Below the pieces are notes generated by a model that did not search any database, was not told the DNA's origin, and saw only the letters and a program-made list of their open reading frames with translations. Source: a virus. From it: DNA of 64,000 bases. The position numbers and the translations under genes were made by a program. Position 1 is the first letter of the stretch. The number at the start of each line of letters is the position of its first letter. The stretch spans positions 96,001-160,000 of IMG/VR virus record IMGVR_UViG_3300026488_000012; one strand, given 5' to 3'. Shown here piece by piece: positions 19,081 through 28,325 of this stretch.

Positions 19081-20565
19081 ATGAATCCAGAAGGACTATT
19101 TAATCAACCAACAGTTCCAAATTTTACAGTGGAACAATTCTATATCATCCCTACTGAGGGATATAAAGATATGGTCATTAGACCGATTAATCTTAATGTA
19201 GACCGTGAGGATTTAAACAGGATAGTAGACTTATTAAAGACTAAACTATCTGGCTATGACGTAAAAATAAACCCGCTTGAGTTGTCGGGTATGAACATTA
19301 TAGAACCCGGGGACAAAGTGCTTCCTACAGAAATACCAGGCGGATGGGGTCAACCAAGAGGTGTGTTTCTACTAGTGATTAAGTATACTGACGCTGTGAC
19401 AGGTGTAGACGAGATGGTGTATTTAACAGGATTTACCGATACGCCTAATTTCAATCCAGTTACAGGTGCAGTCGATGAGAGCATGTTACTATATCCTAAC
19501 ACTATGGTAATACTAACAAAAGTTACAAATGTTGACAAATTTGGTAACCCGTATACTTATTATAGGGTTACTAATACATTAAATCTTGAGTACGATATCA
19601 GTACAGGTGAGTATTACACTATTGATGATCTAACCAACGCTAAGTTTATGTTAAGACCTGTGGACATTATGAGAAAAATAGAAGATTTGGAATTATCAGG
19701 AGACGCTATTTCTAGCGCAAATACTTCTTCAACTACTAAAATTATATCGGCTATTAAGAAACCCGACTTATTACCAACTATACATGTCACAGAGACATTG
19801 AACGGTCTTATAACGGGCGCGATTATGACCGATGGTACAAATGTTTATGATACATTAAAAGCAAGCGATAGCGTACTCGATCCTACATCCATTCTTCTAT
19901 ATAACTCATTTATTAAATCGTTATTAAGGATAACAAAAGGTCGTATGTATTTTAGTATTAAAGAATTAGCATTGTTGGATAATTCTGTTTTAAACAAAAT
20001 AACAATCATAAGACAAGTAGGGCAACCTACTATGGAAATGCCTGATATACTAACAAGTAACGTTTCTGAGGAGGTATATATACCTACCATAGAAGCTAAG
20101 TTATCAACTATGATAAGAGACATGGTATCAACGCTAATAACAAAGAACATGCTAATGTCCATTACATTCACGATGACTAACGCCACCATAGACGGTAGTA
20201 TTTACCTCACGCCTATTCACGCTACTCCTGTAACAGGAGATCTCGATGTTAAGTACTTGGTAAACAAGTTTAAGTTAGAGTTTGAGCAATTAGTGGTCCC
20301 TGCTATAACATATAATAATAGTTTAGTGTTGAATATTAACGTTTATGCTAGTATACTTGGAGAAACCAAAATCTCAATATCTGTGAACGGTGGACCTGAG
20401 ATATTGTTTATATATCCTACGTTCGCAGATAATCTCTATAACTCACTATTATCAGACGTTAATAAATTTAACGAAGTCACCAGCAGTTATAAAAATATTG
20501 TAGATGTCGCTCTTGGTGAACTCAAATATATGACAGATTCTCAAACAGCAAAAATTGTACAATAA
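19081..20565 (+). CDS. picA: phiKZ gp69-like protein (PicA, phage-nucleus protein importer candidate)
   Basis: Immediately after gp68-like; IPGGWGQPRGVFLLVI...YLTGFTD...GAVDESMLLYPN matches my recollection of the gp69 family. Confidence 0.55.
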   Translation: MNPEGLFNQPTVPNFTVEQFYIIPTEGYKDMVIRPINLNVDREDLNRIVDLLKTKLSGYDVKINPLELSGMNIIEPGDKVLPTEIPGGWGQPRGVFLLVIKYTDAVTGVDEMVYLTGFTDTPNFNPVTGAVDESMLLYPNTMVILTKVTNVDKFGNPYTYYRVTNTLNLEYDISTGEYYTIDDLTNAKFMLRPVDIMRKIEDLELSGDAISSANTSSTTKIISAIKKPDLLPTIHVTETLNGLITGAIMTDGTNVYDTLKASDSVLDPTSILLYNSFIKSLLRITKGRMYFSIKELALLDNSVLNKITIIRQVGQPTMEMPDILTSNVSEEVYIPTIEAKLSTMIRDMVSTLITKNMLMSITFTMTNATIDGSIYLTPIHATPVTGDLDVKYLVNKFKLEFEQLVVPAITYNNSLVLNINVYASILGETKISISVNGGPEILFIYPTFADNLYNSLLSDVNKFNEVTSSYKNIVDVALGELKYMTDSQTAKIVQ

Positions 20566-20584
20566 AAAAAAAAAGGAGTTAACA

Positions 20585-21775
20585 ATGGAAAGAATAAATG
20601 AGTTTTATAAAGATATATTAGAAGCTTTAGGTTTAGTTGTAGATGAAAAAGGAAGAATATTCGTTAAAACGGGTAAAACTCTTACCCCTCTTGTCATGGA
20701 TGGTTTACAATTTGTGTTACCTACTAAAGAGAATATAGAAAATCTTATAATCAAAGATGAGAACGGTAAATATAAAGCTGCTTATAGATTTTTCAATCCA
20801 GCATACGAGGACCCTATTAAAGGAGTAGATGTATCTCTTAATAAACTAAGAGAGATTATGTATAGAAGATTAGAGAATAGAGTTGTTTCCATTATGGAAG
20901 TATTAATAAATATCGCTATGGGCGAAGCAGCTAGCCCAGGCGCTATAGAATTTATAGAATTACTAAACAGGTATAAAAACTCAAACATTAAGAAACTCGT
21001 AGATACGGGTATCTTAGATGCATTAAGAGCTCTCTATAAAAACAGCACCAGCTCTAAAAATCCATTAGATAATTTCTTACATATATATCTTCAGAAAGGT
21101 ACTACCATCAATAATGAAAAGTATAATAAGATAGCTTCTACTCAATTCCATATGTATAATAGACTCATAGACTTTAAAGTAAAGCAAGACGATATTAATG
21201 GAATTAAATTAAGAAATAAAGACAAAGGAGCTATTTTATCAGGATACGAATATATATTCAAAGATGTTGATGAGCTCATTAAAGGCATCATCATAGGTAG
21301 TAAAAACAATGTAGCACCTGGACTACATTCATTATTGCTAACCTATGACAAATTAGTCGATAAGACTAATAAAGCTATAGAAGATATTAAGGAAGATATT
21401 GAAGAAGAATTGTTTGTAGAACTTAAGCTAAGGAAGTTGAAAATAAATGTAAATGATTTAGATAAGTTCTTAACTGAACTCAAGGAAGATTTAAAATTCA
21501 TACCTAAAGATTCTGAAATCGAGCAAATGATTCAGCAACAAACTACTATAGGTTATGTAACGCCTAATAGAAAAACAGTACAACCTAATCAACAAACGAC
21601 TCAATCTGAACTAGACCCTGTTGAACTTGCTGCTATGGAATCAGTAAACGAACCTGTGACTATGACTGGCGGATTCGTTAATCCTATGACACCGGTACCT
21701 CAACCACAACAAATGAATAATATTCAATCACAAGTAAGTAACCAGGGTGATTATGATCCTGTACTAATGATGTAA
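20585..21775 (+). CDS. phiKZ gp70-like protein with Q/P-rich C-terminal tail
   Basis: True start is probably ATG 20585 (SD aaggag) rather than the upstream TTG at 20555; RFFNPAYEDPIKG motif and synteny. Confidence 0.5.
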   Translation: MERINEFYKDILEALGLVVDEKGRIFVKTGKTLTPLVMDGLQFVLPTKENIENLIIKDENGKYKAAYRFFNPAYEDPIKGVDVSLNKLREIMYRRLENRVVSIMEVLINIAMGEAASPGAIEFIELLNRYKNSNIKKLVDTGILDALRALYKNSTSSKNPLDNFLHIYLQKGTTINNEKYNKIASTQFHMYNRLIDFKVKQDDINGIKLRNKDKGAILSGYEYIFKDVDELIKGIIIGSKNNVAPGLHSLLLTYDKLVDKTNKAIEDIKEDIEEELFVELKLRKLKINVNDLDKFLTELKEDLKFIPKDSEIEQMIQQQTTIGYVTPNRKTVQPNQQTTQSELDPVELAAMESVNEPVTMTGGFVNPMTPVPQPQQMNNIQSQVSNQGDYDPVLMM

Positions 21776-21792
21776 ATTAATATAAGGAGACA

Positions 21793-21990
21793 GTGATGAG
21801 ACAAACTATGACAGTTGATAATAAAGGAAATATCATTCTGCTTACAGAGAGGAATAATAACCTCTCTGTTAATTACAAAAATATAAAGTACAGTAACTTT
21901 TCAGAGTTCATGAAAGACGCTTATGGTGTCGATGAAAATGCTTCATCTATAGATGAAGCTATGAAAGCGATTGAAAAATATAATAAATAA
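21793..21990 (+). CDS. Small hypothetical protein
   Basis: 65 aa, SD aaggag, followed by a terminator. Confidence 0.65.
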   Translation: MMRQTMTVDNKGNIILLTERNNNLSVNYKNIKYSNFSEFMKDAYGVDENASSIDEAMKAIEKYNK

Positions 21991-22016
21991 CACGTGACTA
22001 TATAGTCACGTGTTAT
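21987..22016. terminator. Terminator between convergent genes, perfect 30-bp palindrome
   Basis: ataacacgtgactat|atagtcacgtgttat followed by a T-rich tract. Confidence 0.75.
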
Positions 22017-22026
22017 GTTTATTTTT

Positions 22027-22383
22027 TTATTCTTTATATTTAACGAGATAATCGTTATATAGGTCTTGTAGTATCTCACCTTTTATTATCTTAAGTTTTG
22101 TAGGTAGCTTACCTCTTTCAAAATCTATCTTAAAATCATAATTACTTAGATTGTTTATTCTAATATTAGGATAGATATATACATCAGGTATTTTAAATTT
22201 AGTCTTAATAAGTCCTCTTAAGTCTCTTATCCATTTATAAACTTCATATGGTTCTATTGTTACTATATCAACCATATCGTCCGTTATATAACCGGATGCT
22301 ATTATATTCTCCCAGTAATTTAACAATCTTTCATCAAGTTGAGGATTATTATAATTAGTATAATCAGATAAAACGGATAACAT
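22027..22383 (-). CDS. Conserved phiKZ-like small protein (possible LysM/baseplate-wedge-like)
   Basis: IEPYEVYKWIRDLRGLIKTKFKIPDVYIYPNIRINNL pattern; minus-strand gene between gp70-like and nvRNAP beta. Confidence 0.4.
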   Translation of the reverse strand: MLSVLSDYTNYNNPQLDERLLNYWENIIASGYITDDMVDIVTIEPYEVYKWIRDLRGLIKTKFKIPDVYIYPNIRINNLSNYDFKIDFERGKLPTKLKIIKGEILQDLYNDYLVKYKE

Positions 22384-22423
22384 ATCTAAGTCCTTTCTTT
22401 TTTTAATTCACTAAAAAAGAAAT

Positions 22424-22455
22424 ACATCTATGAGACCGTTAAGTCTCATAGATGT
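22424..22455 (-). terminator. Terminator hairpin after 22455..22691
   Basis: acatctatgagac-cgttaa-gtctcatagatgt, 13-bp stem, followed on the minus strand by a T-rich run. Confidence 0.65.
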
Positions 22456-22691
22456 CATAGTTTCTCTTCTAGATTACTTACAATAAAATATGTACCGTTT
22501 GTCTCTACATTCTCTTCTAAGTGTGTTATTACACCGCATATATCTTTAAATTTAGTATTAGGTGCATAGTACATCCAACCATCTTCTCCTGGCTTTAAGA
22601 ATCTCAATAACACCCTACTGTCGTTTATTGGTTTATTTGTTTCAAATTCTACTGTAAACTTAGCTCCTGTAACTGATTCCAAATGTAACAT
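22455..22691 (-). CDS. Small hypothetical protein
   Basis: 78 aa with strong SD taaggagg on the minus strand. Confidence 0.7.
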   Translation of the reverse strand: MLHLESVTGAKFTVEFETNKPINDSRVLLRFLKPGEDGWMYYAPNTKFKDICGVITHLEENVETNGTYFIVSNLEEKL

Positions 22692-22813
22692 ACATACCTC
22701 CTTATTGATTTTTTTACACCTTATTAGGTATATCTTAATTTTTTTATAAATTTCATTTATATCTTACTGAGATGTAATTAAATAAACAAAAAAAAAGAAA
22801 AAAGGAGTTGAAA

Positions 22814-23359
22814 ATGAGATTCTTATTTATTTTAATTTATACGTTAACCCTATATGGGAAAACAATGAATACGACTGAAATATCAGTCGTACATAAAGAT
22901 AGGAGACTGGTAAATGAGTATTATCAAGAGTTAAAAAACCTGTCTGATGACCAGAAATTCTGGTTGAGTGAGGTGTACAAGACCTGTCTAGAGTATGATC
23001 TAGGTTATACTTGCGTAGCGATAGCTTGGGAAGAATCCAAGTTTAATAAATGGGGAGATAACGAAGCAGGTGACTACGGTTTAATGGGTATAAACCTATA
23101 CTGGTACATGATAGACAACGGACTTAATTATAGAAACAAATATAGGAGAATAGAAGTCCGCACTAGGTTAATAAGAGATAGTTACTATAACTTAAGGTAC
23201 TCTATATCTAAGCTTATAAAATTAAGAAAGAAGCATAAGAACAACTGGTTTAAAATATGGGGTTGTTATAACGGAGGTACAACCCCTAACTATTACTATA
23301 GTAGAAGAATATTGAATAGAATTTATGCTTTTAGAAAATGGTTAAAGACAAATAACTAA
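22814..23359 (+). CDS. Lytic transglycosylase (SLT family) with N-terminal signal peptide
   Basis: Catalytic-Glu motif AIAWEES, GLMGIN, and WGCYNGG; hydrophobic N-terminus MRFLFILIYTLTLYG; ATG 22814 follows SD aaggag. Confidence 0.8.
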   Translation: MRFLFILIYTLTLYGKTMNTTEISVVHKDRRLVNEYYQELKNLSDDQKFWLSEVYKTCLEYDLGYTCVAIAWEESKFNKWGDNEAGDYGLMGINLYWYMIDNGLNYRNKYRRIEVRTRLIRDSYYNLRYSISKLIKLRKKHKNNWFKIWGCYNGGTTPNYYYSRRILNRIYAFRKWLKTNN

Positions 23360-23373
23360 AAAGGAGGGTAAAG

Positions 23374-23613
23374 ATGAATAGAAGATATAAAATACTTCTA
23401 ATGGCGTTAATAGTTATCCTAAGTGTATTATTAGTGATGTATGAAGACACAGAATATAAAAAAGTTAAAAAAGGGGAGTATGAGTTACAGTGTCTAATAA
23501 GAGATAAAGGATGGGTCACCATAGACCCGTCTAAAGTTGACGGACACGATCCAGAATCAGACTGTTGGTCTTTTACTAACGGATGGGCTTGTAACTGTGA
23601 AGTTACAAAATGA
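23374..23613 (+). CDS. Small membrane-anchored protein with Cys-rich C-terminus
   Basis: N-terminal TM segment ILLMALIVILSVLLVM; C...WVTIDP...CWSFTNGWACNC. Confidence 0.7.
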   Translation: MNRRYKILLMALIVILSVLLVMYEDTEYKKVKKGEYELQCLIRDKGWVTIDPSKVDGHDPESDCWSFTNGWACNCEVTK

Positions 23614-23644
23614 CCCCCCTATCTTTTTTCTTTTTATTATATAC

Positions 23645-23717
23645 TGAGATTCAATATTTACCTCCTAATTTTATAGTTTATAGACTATAGGGATATCCCT
23701 ATAGTCTATGTTTTTTT
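23645..23717 (+). ncRNA. Candidate antisense sRNA complementary to the nvRNAP-subunit RBS
   Basis: 23654-23679 is the reverse complement of the leader aaactacaagattaggaggtaaatat (24/26 identity) and sits directly before a terminator whose U-tract is on the + strand. Ends are approximate. Confidence 0.4.
23680..23709 (+). terminator. Intrinsic terminator, perfect 30-bp palindrome with GGGATATCCC core
   Basis: atagactatagggat|atccctatagtctat followed by gttttttt. Confidence 0.8.
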
Positions 23718-23800
23718 AATAGAATTTTGTGTTGTAAAATATTTCAATTACATTATATTAATTAGTAAAAAAGGACAAACTAACTAAAAGGAGAAGCAAT

Positions 23801-24415
23801 ATGAGCAAAAAGACAGTGATCGGGATTGTAGGGTATGATAATTGTGGTAAAGATACTTTTGCCAGATATCTAAAAGAAGAATTAATTAAAACTTACAACA
23901 GCAGAGTCGAAATACTACATTTTGCAGATATCTTAAAGAAACTTGTTTCTAATATTTTGGAAACAGATATTGATACAATTGAACGGTTTAAGAAAGATAA
24001 TGGTATTAAACCTATTAATATTGTATTTGACAATAGTAGCAGAGAATACACAATGAGAGATTTTATAATTAAAATAGCTAAGACTGTAGTTAATGTTTTT
24101 GGTATTGATATTTTTGCAAGAGTAGTAGAACGAAATATACTAGAGTCTGAATCGGGTATATTTATTATACCAGATGTAAGATTCTTAATAGAAGCAGAGA
24201 TAATGAAAAAAGAGCTGGGAGGTATTTTAGTAAAGATAAATTCAGATATAGATGGTTGTAATAACACAGGTTATGAGTATGAAATATCGTTAATAGAAAA
24301 ACATGGACTTATAGATCATTATGTCAAGTTTAAAAATTTAGAAGAATCTATAAGAGAGTCTAAACGTATAAGTGTAATAAACGAAATAAAAAATAAATTA
24401 AAGGATGAACAATGA
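23801..24415 (+). CDS. Deoxynucleoside monophosphate kinase (T4 gp1-like)
   Basis: P-loop IGIVGYDNCGKDT, HFADILK, and IIPDVRFLIEA. Confidence 0.8.
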   Translation: MSKKTVIGIVGYDNCGKDTFARYLKEELIKTYNSRVEILHFADILKKLVSNILETDIDTIERFKKDNGIKPINIVFDNSSREYTMRDFIIKIAKTVVNVFGIDIFARVVERNILESESGIFIIPDVRFLIEAEIMKKELGGILVKINSDIDGCNNTGYEYEISLIEKHGLIDHYVKFKNLEESIRESKRISVINEIKNKLKDEQ

Positions 24416-24972
24416 GTATATCATATATAGTAAGATTTATAAATGGTGGAGAAGAGTGGTTTTCAGTTGTTGTGGATGAGGATAACGAAGCTAACTTTAA
24501 GAATGGTTTAATAAAGACAGGTGATAATAGACTTTTTGATGATGAAGATACGGTCATACTCACATCTAAACTTGATTTAGATGGAATCGCACATTTATTA
24601 GACGTGTGTATGTCTGATAGTAATGGCGGTAGAGATCATATCCTAATGAATACAAGACTTGTAAATAAAAACGATCGCATAGCAGATGTACACGTGTCTA
24701 TACTGGTTTACCTTACTATAGGAGCTCTAGAGATATTAGAAACACTATTAGGTAAACCGAATATTAATATAGATGAACTTATAAATGCTATAGACGATGG
24801 TGATGACGAGGTTATCGATATGGTGTACTCGTTAGTAAACACTATAGCTGCGTTAGATGCTTTAGAAGTATTAGACGAGATGATTAAATATTATCCTATG
24901 TTGATGAAGTATGAAGAAACGATTAAAACAGTGAGAGAACACTGGAGAGAGTTATATGATAAAATTATGTAA
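24412..24972 (+). CDS. Hypothetical protein
   Basis: 186 aa, ATGA overlap, SD aagga. Confidence 0.7.
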   Translation: MSISYIVRFINGGEEWFSVVVDEDNEANFKNGLIKTGDNRLFDDEDTVILTSKLDLDGIAHLLDVCMSDSNGGRDHILMNTRLVNKNDRIADVHVSILVYLTIGALEILETLLGKPNINIDELINAIDDGDDEVIDMVYSLVNTIAALDALEVLDEMIKYYPMLMKYEETIKTVREHWRELYDKIM

Positions 24973-24984
24973 AGGAGTATAGGT

Positions 24985-25854
24985 ATGTTGTTTAGTTATT
25001 CAGAGAAAGATATAGGAGACTATACTAAATGGTCTCCTATAAAAGAAATAAAAGAGCGTGTAGGTAATTTTATTTTTGCTATTGATAAAGATGGAGAGCT
25101 ATACGGATATCTAACGAATGAAGATAACAAGACTTATAAAGCTGTAAATAGGGAAGGTTACTTTATAAAAGAGACGATTGATTTAAGTTTTACATTTGTT
25201 ATCTCTAATATAGAGGATGAGATTAATGATTTATTAGCTAATCCTAATGTTTTTATTAAGAGAATAAAGGATGAGTTATACGACAACAGAGATGAGATAA
25301 ATAGTGGTGATGGTCATATTTTAAACGATAGTGTTATTGTAAAATTAAATACGGAATATCCACTGATAGATGACGATGAAGATGAATTTAAAGAATCCAC
25401 TCTGAGTAATACGTTAGCACAGTTAATAAAAGCAGGTCTTATTTTTTCTTTAGTCTTTACAAAGTCGTTAGGAGATACGAGTAAACCTGTAATATATGAT
25501 AAATTAAGTGTTGATAATAGAGAGATTATCCTTCCTCACTACGAATATAATTCTTCTGTTTTAATAGTTGATATAGATGAAACAGATAAAAATGTAATAG
25601 TACTTGGGAAAGGCTTAAATTTACATATTGACTCTAAAGTTGAAAAGCTACCAAAGGATTTATATTTCTTATTACATGTTTATCTAACTAAGTATGCTAA
25701 TATTACAAAGGATAATCCTCTTAGTATTATCCTAACTAAAGAACTTATTAACGAATATGTATCTAACATATATAGTGTAGAACCATCGGAAGGATTATTA
25801 GTTAATGAAATGTCTAGAGTAGATATAGAGACTAACTTAGGTATAAGTATTTAA
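24985..25854 (+). CDS. Hypothetical protein
   Basis: 289 aa, SD aaggag. Confidence 0.7.
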   Translation: MLFSYSEKDIGDYTKWSPIKEIKERVGNFIFAIDKDGELYGYLTNEDNKTYKAVNREGYFIKETIDLSFTFVISNIEDEINDLLANPNVFIKRIKDELYDNRDEINSGDGHILNDSVIVKLNTEYPLIDDDEDEFKESTLSNTLAQLIKAGLIFSLVFTKSLGDTSKPVIYDKLSVDNREIILPHYEYNSSVLIVDIDETDKNVIVLGKGLNLHIDSKVEKLPKDLYFLLHVYLTKYANITKDNPLSIILTKELINEYVSNIYSVEPSEGLLVNEMSRVDIETNLGISI

Positions 25855-25919
25855 ATATTTTGACGGTTATTCGGGTTATATAGTAATATATATTATGAAC
25901 CGTCATATTCTTAGTGAGT

Positions 25920-25945
25920 CCTATAGAGCGATATCGCTCTATAGG
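25920..25945 (+). terminator. Perfect 26-bp palindrome (terminator-like) abutting repeat copy 2
   Basis: cctatagagcgat|atcgctctatagg; the 106-bp repeat starts at the next base. Confidence 0.65.
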
Positions 25946-26051
25946 GGTAATATTTTTAATTTTAACTATATATATTGTTATCTTACTAAAATGCAATAAA
26001 ACTACAAGATTAGGAGGTAAATATGAGTAATGAATTTTACAAAATTAAGGA
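25946..26051 (+). repeat. 106-bp direct repeat, copy 2
   Basis: Identical to 17381-17486, including ATG AGT AAT GAA TTT TAC AAA ATT AAG GA. Confidence 0.95.
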
Positions 26052-28263
26052 TATTATAAATAGATACGCAAAGTATTTTAAAGATAACAACTCTGAGTTA
26101 AGACTGAGATATGAGTTATTTTCAATTCACGCGCTTAACCCGTTTGTTATATATAACTCTTCTCCAAGAGGATTGATGATGGCGTCGCATGTATCACAGA
26201 TACTTGTTATAGATAATCCTGAGAAAGACATAATACAGACGCCTACTATGAATGATCTTAGTAGATATGTTATATCTAAGAAGTTTCTACATGATGCAGA
26301 GATAATTGATGTAATAAGTAGATATAGTAATCCATCCATAGGTAAAGAGGTAGAGTATGATATCATCTATAGAAGACTAGATGACGGTAAGGTTGACGTA
26401 ATGAAAATACCATTATTTAATAAATTTCACACCTATTTTGGATTCCTATACAAATTCCTATTAAATCATAGAGAGTTATACCCGGGAACAATAGTTAAAA
26501 AAGATACATACGTAGCAGTACCGCCTACTGTTATAGATGTTGATGACGAGGGCAATTTTGACTATGGGTTTGGTTTAAATGCTAACGTAGCAATGATAAC
26601 TATACCGGAGACTGCAGAAGATGGTATAGTGATATCCGAATCATTCGCTAAGAAACTTAAATTTAAGACTATAGAGAAAAGAGTTTTATTCGTAGAACCT
26701 GATGAGGTATTACTTAATCTTTATGGAAATGATGAACATTATAAGCCTTTCCCTGAGATAGGAGAGGAAATAAACCCAGACGGTGTTTTAATGGCAAAGA
26801 GAAAGATAGATGATGAGATAATAATAGGACTATTGTCTAAGGATGAGTTAAGAAGAGTTAATCCTATGTTCGACGAGGCTGTATATTGTAAAGGAAAAGT
26901 TATAGATATTAAAGTCTATAAAAATTATAAGAACAAGATGATACCTATGGAACCAGACGAGTTTATTAACAAATATGTACAGGGTATGAGTGATTACCAT
27001 AGAAGAATAGTTGATATATACAACGTTCTTAAAAGATCAGACCCTAACTTAGAAATGACTCCACTGTTTATAAAATATGTATCGAACAGTATAGGTTATT
27101 TAGAATCAGAAGAGTATAGAAGAAAGAAAGTATATAGAAAGGAGGAGATAGAACTTTACAGAATAGAAATAGAAGTAGTTAGGGAAATAATACCTACTAA
27201 AGGATTTAAGTTGTCAGACTTCCACGGGGGTAAATCTGTGATAGTGGATGTATGGAAAGACGAAGATATGCCAGTAGATGAATTTGGAAATAGAGCTGAT
27301 ATCATAGCTGACCCGTCTGCTACCGTATCCAGACTTAACATAGGTAGGATGTACGAGAGGTACATAAAGGCTGCGTCCAGAGAAGCTAAGAGACAGCTTA
27401 TAAATAAAATAAGAGAGTTACTTAATCTAACTGAAGTATCTTCTCAAGATGTCGATATATTATCAGACGAACAAGTAGTTAATTTATTTAAAGAATATGT
27501 AATAGAATTTGTAAATATGTTCGATACTGAACAAAAAGCTGCTTACAACCAAGTATTACAGGGTAATGATATTGTCTCTATGAGAGAGATAATTAAAGAG
27601 ATAGTAGATGAGGAGTTCTATATCTATCTAACTCTGGATAATCCGAAAAGAGCTTATGAGATAGTGGTAGATATAGAGTTGTCTAAATTTAAACCTCCAT
27701 ATGGTAAGGTTAAGTTCAATTATTATGGTACTCCTGTGGAAACTAAAAATCCGGTAATGATAGCACCGATGTATTACATACTTCTATCTAAAATAGCAGA
27801 TGACTATCTCGTAACATCTTCTGCTAAGTTAAATCATTTCGGTACTCCTATTACTGTATCATCAGTGGATAAACACAGGTTACCGCATAGGAATTCTCCT
27901 ACAAGAGTATTAGGAGAGACTGAAACTAGACTATATGCGTCGTATTGTGGTAGAGAGTTTCTAGCCGAGTTAAGAAATAGAAATTCGTCTATAGAACAAC
28001 ACGCTACAGTCTATAGAAATATATTAAACGCAGATGAACCTACAGATATAGATGATGTTATACCGAGAGACGTTTATCCGTATAAGAACGATAGACCTCT
28101 AACTATGTTAGAAGCATTATTTCATTCAGTAGGACTGGATTTGAAATATACGGAAGATATAGATTTACTTCACGAGCCACAGCAATTAAAGACTAATGAA
28201 AATCTCGGTGATGATATAGAAATATACGAGGAAGATAAATCATCTTCAGATAGAGAGGGTTAA
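26023..28263 (+). CDS. rpoB: Non-virion RNA polymerase beta subunit, C-terminal part (phiKZ gp71/73-like)
   Basis: NSSPRGLMMASH, TAEDGIVISESFA, GFKLSDFHGGKSVI, SRLNIGRMYE and RVLGETETRL are beta-subunit catalytic-region motifs. Confidence 0.9.
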   Translation: MSNEFYKIKDIINRYAKYFKDNNSELRLRYELFSIHALNPFVIYNSSPRGLMMASHVSQILVIDNPEKDIIQTPTMNDLSRYVISKKFLHDAEIIDVISRYSNPSIGKEVEYDIIYRRLDDGKVDVMKIPLFNKFHTYFGFLYKFLLNHRELYPGTIVKKDTYVAVPPTVIDVDDEGNFDYGFGLNANVAMITIPETAEDGIVISESFAKKLKFKTIEKRVLFVEPDEVLLNLYGNDEHYKPFPEIGEEINPDGVLMAKRKIDDEIIIGLLSKDELRRVNPMFDEAVYCKGKVIDIKVYKNYKNKMIPMEPDEFINKYVQGMSDYHRRIVDIYNVLKRSDPNLEMTPLFIKYVSNSIGYLESEEYRRKKVYRKEEIELYRIEIEVVREIIPTKGFKLSDFHGGKSVIVDVWKDEDMPVDEFGNRADIIADPSATVSRLNIGRMYERYIKAASREAKRQLINKIRELLNLTEVSSQDVDILSDEQVVNLFKEYVIEFVNMFDTEQKAAYNQVLQGNDIVSMREIIKEIVDEEFYIYLTLDNPKRAYEIVVDIELSKFKPPYGKVKFNYYGTPVETKNPVMIAPMYYILLSKIADDYLVTSSAKLNHFGTPITVSSVDKHRLPHRNSPTRVLGETETRLYASYCGREFLAELRNRNSSIEQHATVYRNILNADEPTDIDDVIPRDVYPYKNDRPLTMLEALFHSVGLDLKYTEDIDLLHEPQQLKTNENLGDDIEIYEEDKSSSDREG

Positions 28264-28273
28264 ATCCCTCTCT
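28252..28273 (+). terminator. Terminator hairpin
   Basis: agagaggg-ttaaat-ccctctct overlapping the stop codon. Confidence 0.65.
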
Positions 28274-28325
28274 TGTTATTTCAAATTTTTTCATTTATGT
28301 ATTACTAAACTGTAACAAAACAAAA

